A stretch of DNA of 37,152 nucleotides from Chitinophagales bacterium (GTDB taxonomy: Bacteria > Bacteroidota > Bacteroidia > Chitinophagales > Saprospiraceae). Below the pieces are notes generated by a model. The model ran no database searches and was not told the origin of the DNA. It saw only the letters and a program-made list of their open reading frames with translations. The DNA is taken from NCBI GenBank assembly GCA_038328415.1, contig JBBQMA010000001.1:1-37152 (forward strand), written 5' to 3'. The position numbers were made by a program, and so were the translations under genes. Below, piece after piece: positions 1 to 8,391 of the stretch. The first letter of the stretch is position 1; each line of letters starts with the position of its first letter.

Positions 1-1
1 G

Positions 2-1981
2 GATACCCGATTTGATCACGCCATGGATATTCAGTCATTGGGATTGGCCCCTGGTGATCAGGTTTCTTATTATTTTGAAGTGTGGGACAATGATGCTATC
101 AATGGCAGAAAATCGTCCCGCTCGCAAGTCATGCAATTTGCCAAGCCAAGTGCTGAAGCGCTGGATGCCAAAGAGAAAATGAATAATGAGCAGATCAAGG
201 ACAATCTGAAAAAGGCCCTTGAGGAGTCGAAAAAAATTCAAAAAGACTTACAAAAGCTTTCAGAAAAGTTACTTCAGGAAAAGAATCTGGATTGGCAGCA
301 ACGAAAGGAAATGGAGAAGTTGTTGAATCGACGAAAGGAGTTGCAGGAAGAGATTCAAAAATCAAAAGACCTTTTCGATCAAAACCTTCGCGAGCAGGAA
401 GAATTCTCCAAACCCAGCCAAGAACTTCTTAAAAAACAGGAAAAGGTACAAGAGATGTTTGAAGAGATGCTGAGCGAGGAAATGAAGGAAATGCTCAAGC
501 AAATGGAAGAAATGCTTCAAAATCTGGACAAGGAAAAAAGCCTTGAAAAGTTAGAGGAGATGAAAATGGATGAAGAGCAACTTAGCAAGGAGCTCGATCG
601 GATGATGGAGATGTTTAAGGAACTTGAATTAGAAAAAGACATCCAGGAGCAATTGGACAAACTGAATGAATTGGCCAAGGACCAAGAAAACCTAGCTGAA
701 AAAACAGAGAACAAGGAGCTTTCTCAGGAGGAGCTTCAGAAGAAGCAGGATGAATTGAACGACAAATTTGACGATGTCCAAGAAAAAATGAAGGACATCC
801 AAAAGCGAAATGAAGAGCTAGAAAGCCCAAAGGAATTAGGTGATCCGGAGGAGAAGATGGATGAAATTGATGAGGATATGAAGGATTCCAGTGATGAGTT
901 GGAAAAGGGCCAAAACGGAAAAGCATCTAAATCTCAAAAAAGTGCGGCTCAGAAGATGAAAGATGCTGCCAAGGCCATGGAGATGAATATGCAGGCAGGA
1001 GAGGAAGAGCAAATGGAGGAAGACATGAAGGCGCTGCGTCAGTTACTGGAAAACCTGGTTACCTTATCTTTTGAGCAGGAAAATCTTATTGCAGATGTTG
1101 GAAAGACGTCAGAAGCAGCACCCCGATATGTGCAATTGGTGCAGGTACAGAAAAAATTGCAGGATGATTTCAAACTTGTAGAGGACAGTCTCCATGCATT
1201 GAGCAAGCGCAACATGCAAATCGAATCCTTCATAACGGAGAAGGTAACAGAGATAAAAGGGAATATGAAGCGATCGGTCAATGATCTGGAGGAACGTCAG
1301 AAAAATACAGCTGCTGTTGATCAGCAATTCTCGATGAAAAATCTGAATGACCTAGCATTGATGTTAAGTGAAGTCATGAACCAGATGCAACAGCAGATGG
1401 CAAATATGAAGGCGGGTGACCAGAACTGTAAAAAACCGGGAGGCAATAAACCTAGTGGTGGAAAACCTTCGGATAAGATGGGGCAGGGGCAGAAGTCCTT
1501 GAATCAGATTATGAAGGACATGCAGGAACGAATGAAAAACGGCCAGGGTGGAAGTAGTAAGCAGTTTGCACAGATGGCAGCAAAACAGGCGGTTATGCGA
1601 AAAGCACTGGAGGAGTTGGCCAAAGATAAAAGACAAAGTGGCAAGCCAGATAAAGAGCTACAGGATATCATCGACCAGATGGACAAAACGGAGATTGACC
1701 TAGTAAATAAAAGGCTAAACTCAGAGACCATGAAGCGCCAGGAGGACATCCTAAAGAGGCTGCTGGACCATGAAAAGGCAGAGCGCGAGCGCGATCAGGA
1801 AGAAAAAAGACGTTCAGAGACCGCTACCCAATACGAGCGCAAAATGCCACCCAGTCTGGAAGAATATTTACGTAAACGAGAAGCTGAACTTGAACTATAC
1901 CGTACGGTTTCCCCCAATCTGAAGCCTTATTACAAGAATTTGGTCGAAGAATACCACCGAAACCTGAAAAATATCAGGTAG
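2..1981 (+). CDS. K/E/Q-rich coiled-coil protein, C-terminal part (5'-truncated by window edge); possibly a DUF4175-like large Bacteroidota protein
   Basis: The frame is open from nt 2 with no upstream stop. The first in-frame ATG is at 23 and the stop is at 1979-1981. A short beta-like segment (GDQVSYYFEVWDNDAINGRK) is followed by about 600 aa of low-complexity heptad-like K/E/Q/M sequence. The family name is from memory only. Confidence 0.6.
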   Translation, partial: DTRFDHAMDIQSLGLAPGDQVSYYFEVWDNDAINGRKSSRSQVMQFAKPSAEALDAKEKMNNEQIKDNLKKALEESKKIQKDLQKLSEKLLQEKNLDWQQRKEMEKLLNRRKELQEEIQKSKDLFDQNLREQEEFSKPSQELLKKQEKVQEMFEEMLSEEMKEMLKQMEEMLQNLDKEKSLEKLEEMKMDEEQLSKELDRMMEMFKELELEKDIQEQLDKLNELAKDQENLAEKTENKELSQEELQKKQDELNDKFDDVQEKMKDIQKRNEELESPKELGDPEEKMDEIDEDMKDSSDELEKGQNGKASKSQKSAAQKMKDAAKAMEMNMQAGEEEQMEEDMKALRQLLENLVTLSFEQENLIADVGKTSEAAPRYVQLVQVQKKLQDDFKLVEDSLHALSKRNMQIESFITEKVTEIKGNMKRSVNDLEERQKNTAAVDQQFSMKNLNDLALMLSEVMNQMQQQMANMKAGDQNCKKPGGNKPSGGKPSDKMGQGQKSLNQIMKDMQERMKNGQGGSSKQFAQMAAKQAVMRKALEELAKDKRQSGKPDKELQDIIDQMDKTEIDLVNKRLNSETMKRQEDILKRLLDHEKAERERDQEEKRRSETATQYERKMPPSLEEYLRKREAELELYRTVSPNLKPYYKNLVEEYHRNLKNIR

Positions 1982-2152
1982 TTCGGCATCTTTTGGGGAA
2001 CTTTCTAAAGAATCCCTTAGTTATGGAAAGTGGAGATAGGAAATAGGCTGCCTTCCCTCCCGCTGCAAAGTGGCTTTGTATTCCCGTGAACAATGAACAA
2101 TACATCTCGTATTGTGTGGTAATGCATTGCTAACTCAAAAAGGTAACTTAAT

Positions 2153-2563
2153 ATGAACTTGGCCTCAACGGATTTCATGCTTCGTATTTCTTCAAATCCT
2201 CGTAATATTCGAATGCTTGAATCATTCGTGGAAAGGCTTGCTGCAGAGCACAAGCTTAATGCGGAGCAATATGCAAATATCCTGGTTACCGTTACTGAAG
2301 CTGTCAACAATGCCATTCTTCATGGCAATCGACTAGATGAGCGTAAAAAAGTATTGGTCCATGCAGAGATGCAACAGTCGGGACTAGCCATCGTCATTGA
2401 AGACGAAGGGTGTGGATTTGACTATCTCAAACTGCCTGATCCAACCGCGCAAGAAAACCTCACTCAAATAGGAGGTCGGGGCGTGTTTCTGATGTTTAAC
2501 CTTTGCGATTCTGTGCGATTTCATAGGAATGGATGTAAGGTTGAACTTGGTTTTAATCTATGA
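2153..2563 (+). CDS. Small GHKL/HATPase_c protein, RsbW/SpoIIAB-like anti-sigma factor serine kinase
   Basis: 136 aa with an N-box (EAVNNAILHGN), a G1 box (EDEGCGFD) and a G2 box (GGRGVFLM). The size and motif order match single-domain anti-sigma kinases. The stop overlaps the ybeY start (ATGA). Confidence 0.75.
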   Translation: MNLASTDFMLRISSNPRNIRMLESFVERLAAEHKLNAEQYANILVTVTEAVNNAILHGNRLDERKKVLVHAEMQQSGLAIVIEDEGCGFDYLKLPDPTAQENLTQIGGRGVFLMFNLCDSVRFHRNGCKVELGFNL

Positions 2564-3027
2564 GCGACATTCCTTCATGGCCGGAATCTGAGCAAGAAGA
2601 AGGTTTTGACTTCTTTTCAGAAGACATTCTATTTGAACTGCCTGATGCGCCTGCTTGTGAAGCATGGCTTATTGATGTTGTTCAGCAAGAGAATAAATCT
2701 GCCGGAACCGTGAACTATATTTTTTGCTCCGATACGTTTCTCCACGCCATGAATGTCGAATACCTTCAGCACGATACACTTACGGATGTTATCACCTTTC
2801 CGTATAGCGATGATCATGTTCAAGGTGATATTTTTATCAGTATCGACCGAGTCCGTGAAAATGCAGATGAATTGAGTATTCCCTTTATTATAGAATTACA
2901 TCGTGTAATGGTACACGGTATTTTGCATCTGATAGGATATGACGATCAAACATCTGATTCAAAGGCACTCATGAGGCTTAAAGAAGATAATTACCTTAAA
3001 CTCCTTACTCATCATGTAACAGCGTAG
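2560..3027 (+). CDS. ybeY: rRNA maturation endoribonuclease YbeY
   Basis: 155 aa with the zinc-binding H-x-x-x-H-x-x-x-x-x-H motif region (HGILHLIGYDD), typical of YbeY/UPF0054. Confidence 0.9.
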   Translation: MSDIPSWPESEQEEGFDFFSEDILFELPDAPACEAWLIDVVQQENKSAGTVNYIFCSDTFLHAMNVEYLQHDTLTDVITFPYSDDHVQGDIFISIDRVRENADELSIPFIIELHRVMVHGILHLIGYDDQTSDSKALMRLKEDNYLKLLTHHVTA

Positions 3028-3049
3028 TCCAGTCGAAGCTGGATTTTTA
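3028..3049 (+). terminator. Candidate rho-independent terminator after ybeY
   Basis: The stem TCCAG(T)/(G)CTGGA with a CGAA loop starts directly after the ybeY stop and is followed by TTTTT (3045-3049). The stem is short. Confidence 0.45.
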
Positions 3050-3166
3050 AATGCACGCTTTCACCTGCTCATGGGGCGGAATATTCGATTAGATCATAGC
3101 TTTGCGCGTGAAATCGATATCTGACCTTTTCTCGAGATACACGTTTACCCTTGAATAAAATTTTCC

Positions 3167-3616
3167 ATGCGCATTCTGGTTTTAGTCGGAATATTCGTCT
3201 TTCTTAATGTATCGCCAAATCAGGTCCAGGCGCAGCCGGTAAATATGTGGCATGTATTTGAAAAGGTTAACTTTAGAGATGCATATATAAAAGAATTCAA
3301 AGATATTTTGCCCGTTCCTGATTTTGACACAACGATCAAAGCGTGGGAGGGAAAGGAAATAAGTCTTACCGGATATGTGATTCCGGCAACGGAGGCCCCG
3401 GGCTTTGAATGGATTGTCCTATCTCGTTTTACGTTTGCCAATTGTTTTTTTTGTGGGAAGGCCGGCGTAGAGAGTATCGCTGAAATTCAATTCAAAGGGA
3501 AACGCCCGTTTTTTAAAATGGATAAAACATACACCTTCAAGGGGCGTTTAAAATTAAATAAAGATGACTGGAACCATTTACATTTCATCTTAGTAGATGC
3601 AAAACTGGTAAAATGA
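3167..3616 (+). CDS. Secreted hypothetical protein with CFFCG motif (paralogue of 7334..7789)
   Basis: It has an N-terminal signal peptide (MRILVLVGIFVFLNVSPNQVQAQ). Blocks shared with the 7334..7789 product are G-K/Q-x-I-x-L-x-G-Y-x-I-P, CFFCGxAGxE and KGxLxLNxxDxNxL. A DUF3299-like architecture is only a guess. Confidence 0.6.
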   Translation: MRILVLVGIFVFLNVSPNQVQAQPVNMWHVFEKVNFRDAYIKEFKDILPVPDFDTTIKAWEGKEISLTGYVIPATEAPGFEWIVLSRFTFANCFFCGKAGVESIAEIQFKGKRPFFKMDKTYTFKGRLKLNKDDWNHLHFILVDAKLVK

Positions 3617-3725
3617 GTTCGGAACATTTTATTGCACCACTCTCTTCACGCTACTTATGTAGTATTCTGGTGATTATCATTTTTTTATAATCTCAATTCC
3701 ACCTGTACATCAGATCAACGTATTG

Positions 3726-6311
3726 ATGCATTCATCTTCTCTATCACCATTGCATATGCCACGTTTATTCATTCTATTCATCGGGTTGTTTGTTCTGTCA
3801 TCATGTTCTCAAAGTCGCAAGCTAACGATCGAACCGTTGGATGATATTCAGGATTTACCAGAGCTTGTCATTACAGCTGATCAGTCAACACCGGATCAAG
3901 AAGAACCTATCTATCCTTACCGGGCTACAGATCCTCGTCCTTTTGATTTATTGCATACAACGCTAAAGGTATCTTTCGACTGGGAAAGACAATGGTTGCT
4001 CGGAGAAGCACATTTAAAAATGACACCTCTTATCTATTCTCAGGATTCAATAGTGTTGGATGCAGTTGGATTTATCATTCAAGACTTACGCTATCTGGGT
4101 GGGAAGGACACGCTTGCCTATAAGTATGATCATACGGAATTGACCATATACCTGCCGCGAACCTCCCGGCGAGGTGACACACTTGATCTGGATATTCACT
4201 ATATCGCTCGTCCGAATGAAAATCCTGCAGGTGGTAGTGACGCTATTCAGGGGGATAAAGGATTGTACTTTATAAATCCTACCGGTCAGTATAAAGATAA
4301 GCCTCGTCAGGTTTGGACACAGGGTGAGACGGAATCGAATAGCCGTTGGTTTCCAACGTTTGATCAGCCAAATGAACGATGTACCCAGGAAATGCACATT
4401 ACAGTAGATTCAATCTTTGAGTCGCTATCAAATGGTTTGTTGATCAAACAACAACTCAATTCCGATGGAACCCGTACGGATATTTGGAAGATGGATTTGC
4501 CTCATGCCCCATATCTTTTTATGATGGCCATAGGTGATTATGCGATACGTGAAGAGCGCTGGAGAGATATTCCATTGACCTATTATGTGGAAAAGGAATT
4601 TGCAGCACATACAAGGGAAATATTTCCCGAAGTACCAGCTATGTTGAGCTTTTTCTCTGATTATATCGGTGTGACTTATCCCTGGTCGAAGTATAGCCAG
4701 GTGGTCGTACGGGATTATATTTCAGGAGCAATGGAGAATACCACCGCTGTTATTTATGGTGAGTTTTTGCAGCACACCGGAAGAGAACTTATTGACGAGC
4801 GACAAAATGAACTCATTGGTGCCCATGAATTAATTCACCACTGGTTTGGAGATTTGGTCACTTGCGAAAGTTGGTCAAATCTTGTTATGAATGAAGGCTT
4901 TGCTAATTATGGTGAATATCTGTGGCTCGAGTTTAAATATGGTCCTGACGAAGCTGAGTTGCACCGGAGGAGTGAGATGGAGGGATATCTGCATGAATCC
5001 GGCCGGAAGCGCCACCCATTAGTTGATTATCATTATGCTGATCGTGAGGATATGTTTGATGCTCATTCCTATAATAAAGGCGGATTGGTATTGCATATGT
5101 TGCGAAAATATCTGGGTGAAGCTGCTTTTAGATCAGGTATCAAAAAGTATCTTACACAAAATGCCTATCAACCCGTAGAGGCGCATGATTTGCGATTGGC
5201 AATGGAAGCTGTAAGTGGGCAGGATTTAAATTGGTTTTTTAATCAATGGTTTTTCGAGCCAGGGCATCCAACGCTGGATTGGCAATGGACCTATGACGAG
5301 GCTTCTCAACGTTTAAATGTCCTTATCAGCCAGGTACAGGAATCGGAAAAGAATTTTTCGACCTACCGGCTTCCTACAGAAATAGCTGTGGTATTGAGCA
5401 GAGATAAAGTCATACGTTTTCCGTTACTCATTGATGAACGGTCACAATCTTTTTCGTGGGTAATACCAGAAAAGCCCTTGCTCGTGGATCTGGATCCTGA
5501 CCGCACCTTATTGGCTGAGCATACATTTGATTGGAGTGTTGAAACAGCAGGGAAATATTGGCGATTAAATCCAATGATATGGACGCGTTCAGATATCCTA
5601 GACATACTTGAGGAAGAAGGAGAATATTTGGCGCCGGTTCCCTGGAATGATCCACACTGGTCGATTCGTGCAAGAGGTACGGGATGGTTAGATGCAGCGG
5701 ATCAAACCCAGGCGGCTCGTCTTGTGGATCTTGCAAAAAAAGATGTGCACAGTGAGGTACGGATGAACGCTGTCGCCAGGTTAGCTTTTGAAGGCTATCC
5801 GGACTATGTCGGTTTGGCAAAAGATATACTTTCCAAAGAACAGGCGTACAATGTGTTGCATGAAGTACTTAATGGATTAGTTGCCATTGATTCTGTATCA
5901 GCAGTTCAGGCGGTGAAAATGTTGGAAACAGATAGTTCGGTTACGGCTACATTAATATCTGGAGGATTTTATGCTCGTTTTGGTGATGCCGATCACTTGG
6001 CCTATTTCGATAAAAGCTGGAACAGGGTAAATGGGGTGACTCGGTTACTTCATATAAAAAATTATGTTGATGTACTCCATCTGGGAAGTGAAGCACAAAT
6101 TCGAATAGGTATTGACCGGTTATTTGGTGAAGCATTATCCACTGAATGGTCTCCCGTTAGGCGATTTGCAGCATTTAGAGGATTGGCTTTGTTACGCCAG
6201 CAACTGCTAAAAAAGCAAACTGGACTTGCGAAAGAGATTGCACTTAAAATGGAACGCATTAAAAACGAGGAGCGGGATCCACAGCTTCAAAACTATTATG
6301 AAAATTATTGA
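3726..6311 (+). CDS. M1 family zinc aminopeptidase (aminopeptidase N-like) lipoprotein with C-terminal HEAT-like repeats
   Basis: It carries the GAMEN exopeptidase motif (ISGAMENTT) and HELIHHWFGD...NEGFANY, which is HExxH plus E 18 residues downstream. The lipobox-like signal is LFVLSSCSQ. The track start at 3723 is TTG. The adjacent ATG at 3726 is more likely. Confidence 0.9.
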   Translation: MHSSSLSPLHMPRLFILFIGLFVLSSCSQSRKLTIEPLDDIQDLPELVITADQSTPDQEEPIYPYRATDPRPFDLLHTTLKVSFDWERQWLLGEAHLKMTPLIYSQDSIVLDAVGFIIQDLRYLGGKDTLAYKYDHTELTIYLPRTSRRGDTLDLDIHYIARPNENPAGGSDAIQGDKGLYFINPTGQYKDKPRQVWTQGETESNSRWFPTFDQPNERCTQEMHITVDSIFESLSNGLLIKQQLNSDGTRTDIWKMDLPHAPYLFMMAIGDYAIREERWRDIPLTYYVEKEFAAHTREIFPEVPAMLSFFSDYIGVTYPWSKYSQVVVRDYISGAMENTTAVIYGEFLQHTGRELIDERQNELIGAHELIHHWFGDLVTCESWSNLVMNEGFANYGEYLWLEFKYGPDEAELHRRSEMEGYLHESGRKRHPLVDYHYADREDMFDAHSYNKGGLVLHMLRKYLGEAAFRSGIKKYLTQNAYQPVEAHDLRLAMEAVSGQDLNWFFNQWFFEPGHPTLDWQWTYDEASQRLNVLISQVQESEKNFSTYRLPTEIAVVLSRDKVIRFPLLIDERSQSFSWVIPEKPLLVDLDPDRTLLAEHTFDWSVETAGKYWRLNPMIWTRSDILDILEEEGEYLAPVPWNDPHWSIRARGTGWLDAADQTQAARLVDLAKKDVHSEVRMNAVARLAFEGYPDYVGLAKDILSKEQAYNVLHEVLNGLVAIDSVSAVQAVKMLETDSSVTATLISGGFYARFGDADHLAYFDKSWNRVNGVTRLLHIKNYVDVLHLGSEAQIRIGIDRLFGEALSTEWSPVRRFAAFRGLALLRQQLLKKQTGLAKEIALKMERIKNEERDPQLQNYYENY

Positions 6312-6325
6312 TATGTCTATCTTGT

Positions 6326-7102
6326 TTAGGATTCCCGGCTTACGAGGTATTGAAGGCTTATCCAACTACTCCCGGCATTGCTATTCGTTGAAATATCGAG
6401 AATGTGAATACCTGGAACAGTAAGTAATTTGCAAACATCCTCTTTAGGTAAGCCGTACATTTCCATGCGGGGTTCCTTTTGGAAAGTATTTTTCAATTGA
6501 CTGATTCTGTTGATAATATGGTTCAGGGAATTTCCAAAGATGCGACGAAGACCAATGCGCAAAAGCGTCCCTACGCCTGAATTTTCTGGAATAACTGGTT
6601 CGCTGGGTACTTGAAAAAGCAATTTCCCGCCAGGAGCTAATAGTCGTAAAAATTCAGTAATGTATTTTTTGGAATATCGCGGCTCCATATGTTGTAAGGT
6701 AATATTGGAATATACGAAAGCAAAGGACTGATCTTCAAACAAAGCGAGATCGTCTACCTCGTTCAGGAAATATTGACATTTTTCTCCGAATTGATTATGG
6801 CTTGCAGCCATTTCTATCATTGCCGGAGCAATGTCTACGCCATATACATGATCAAAATGAGGTGCTAATGCTTGGGTTAATCTTCCTATACCACAGCCAA
6901 AATCTAATGCTCTTCCTTTAGGGGTAGCAACTTCTCTGGATTGTAGATAACGGAACATTCTGTTAATCTCTTTTCTGCCTGTTTCAAAAAAGCTTTCCTT
7001 ATCCCACTTCCCTCCTTCTTTTCCGGGCCTGGTAATGATAGCCCACATGGGATCTTTTTCACCAAACTGATTCCAATTTTTTTGGAGCTCTTTTATCTTC
7101 AT
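6326..7102 (-). CDS. Class I SAM-dependent methyltransferase
   Basis: It has motif I (ALDFGCGIGRLTQ), an acidic post-I residue (YGVDIAP) and the later motif FAFVYSNITLQH, giving Methyltransf_11/25-like organisation. It is convergent with the aminopeptidase gene, 14 nt apart. Confidence 0.8.
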   Translation of the reverse strand: MKIKELQKNWNQFGEKDPMWAIITRPGKEGGKWDKESFFETGRKEINRMFRYLQSREVATPKGRALDFGCGIGRLTQALAPHFDHVYGVDIAPAMIEMAASHNQFGEKCQYFLNEVDDLALFEDQSFAFVYSNITLQHMEPRYSKKYITEFLRLLAPGGKLLFQVPSEPVIPENSGVGTLLRIGLRRIFGNSLNHIINRISQLKNTFQKEPRMEMYGLPKEDVCKLLTVPGIHILDISTNSNAGSSWISLQYLVSRES

Positions 7103-7333
7103 TGTGGAATATTAAAAAATTCGAAAAGGAAAATAACCTGGTTCATACAAAGTCTAAGTTTCACAACCTCTCTTGAAACTGGACAAGATTCATTCTTTGA
7201 TGTAATGTTCGGATTCAAATCCAGTTACAACGAGGATTAGTTTGTTTGTTCACGTAAATCATGCCAGATTAGGCATTTCGGATCAATCCAAGTATTTTGC
7301 GAACTTCCTGAGCATCACCTTTGTTTCCTTGAC

Positions 7334-7789
7334 ATGAATCGTAAAGCTATTCGTTTATTATCTGTTATTTTTACTGGGTTGTTCCTTTCGTTTGGATTTA
7401 TTGGCAAAGCTCAGGACAGTACATGGAAAACATTGGGAAAGATAACGTTTACAAAAAAATATGATGAGCTTCTTGGGTTCAAGGTTGATGTACCGATTTT
7501 TTCCTCTGAGGTGAAAAAACTGGATGGGCAGCGAATTACACTCAAAGGCTACATCATCCCGGTGGAGGGCTACAGAAGCCATAAGGAGTTTATTTTTTCA
7601 GCATTTCCCTACAACATGTGTTTTTTTTGTGGTGGGGCAGGACCGGAGACCGTTATGGAAGTAAAGACAGTCAAGCCTGTAAAATATACTACTGAACCGA
7701 TCATTCTGAAAGGCACTTTAAGACTTAATGACAGGGACATTAACCGGCTGATGTACTGGCTAGAAGACGCTGAAATAAGTGGTTCCTGA
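7334..7789 (+). CDS. Secreted hypothetical protein with CFFCG motif (paralogue of 3167..3616)
   Basis: The signal peptide is LLSVIFTGLFLSFGFIGKAQD. It has the same conserved blocks as 3167..3616: ITLKGYIIP, MCFFCGGAGPET and LKGTLRLNDRDINRL. Confidence 0.6.
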   Translation: MNRKAIRLLSVIFTGLFLSFGFIGKAQDSTWKTLGKITFTKKYDELLGFKVDVPIFSSEVKKLDGQRITLKGYIIPVEGYRSHKEFIFSAFPYNMCFFCGGAGPETVMEVKTVKPVKYTTEPIILKGTLRLNDRDINRLMYWLEDAEISGS

Positions 7790-7869
7790 TCGAATAGGCT
7801 TCAAAACAAACGGATCGTTGCAGATCAATTTTGCTCAAGACACAGTCAACATACCTGAAGGCTGTACAT

Positions 7870-8382
7870 TTACCTCGGCTTTTCAAACATGGCGAACCAG
7901 CCATATCTGAAGAGGACCAGCAGGATGATAAGGATGATGATAACAATATAGAAGGGGAGATAGGTAAACGCAATGATATGGGTACGGTCAATGGCCCACA
8001 TCAGGATAAGTACTACAAAAACCATTATCAGCAAGCCTGCAATTTTGCCAAAGCCTGGCACTTTGTCTAAAGGTGTATTCCAGCGGATCAGCCAAAAAGT
8101 GAGCACCATAGAAAGTATAGGCAAAACCTGAATGTAGATGTCCGTATCAAGTATACTGCGTCGTTCAAACAACCAGAAATAAAGTGTCAGAACTATGGCA
8201 AACATTCCCGGTACAGCAGCCAGGTAAACCAGAGCGCTGTAGAGATACTTCCAAGGCGAAAGGTGTCCTTCTGCCTGGCCCAGGATACCGGCTAGGAGTG
8301 CAGTCAATGGCACGACCAGGTAAAAGCCGATGAGCAGGATTGGATTTTGTCCAATGAGGGTGAAAAAGTCACCAAGGGTCAT
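7870..8382 (-). CDS. Integral membrane protein, unknown function
   Basis: 170 aa made almost entirely of hydrophobic helices, about 5 predicted by eye. It begins 9 nt downstream of the sucB stop on the same strand. Confidence 0.55.
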   Translation of the reverse strand: MTLGDFFTLIGQNPILLIGFYLVVPLTALLAGILGQAEGHLSPWKYLYSALVYLAAVPGMFAIVLTLYFWLFERRSILDTDIYIQVLPILSMVLTFWLIRWNTPLDKVPGFGKIAGLLIMVFVVLILMWAIDRTHIIAFTYLPFYIVIIILIILLVLFRYGWFAMFEKPR

Positions 8383-8391
8383 AAGATAAGT

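Noticed and set aside
517-1749. A cluster of minus-strand ORFs (517..714, 615..926, 1039..1281, 1109..1327, 1364..1636, 1504..1749) lies opposite the coiled-coil gene.
   Set aside because: The purine-rich GAA/AAG-type codons of the K/E-rich plus-strand gene remove stop codons from the complementary frames. The products are Ser/Phe/Leu-rich nonsense.
6226-6423. A 65-aa plus-strand ORF bridges the end of the aminopeptidase gene and the 3' end of the methyltransferase gene.
   Set aside because: It overlaps two well-supported genes and is out of frame with the aminopeptidase gene. It has no motif support.
7211-7222. GGATTCAAATCC resembles a tRNA T-arm/T-loop, raising the possibility of a tRNA gene or an attachment-site remnant.
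   Set aside because: Only 3 bp of stem can form. No acceptor, D or anticodon arms can be drawn around it. No integrase or direct repeat is nearby.
7831-8070. A 79-aa plus-strand ORF with a D/E/K-rich product lies antisense to the membrane-protein gene.
   Set aside because: The minus-strand frame encodes a continuous, plausible multi-TM protein placed directly after sucB. The plus-strand product is low-complexity.
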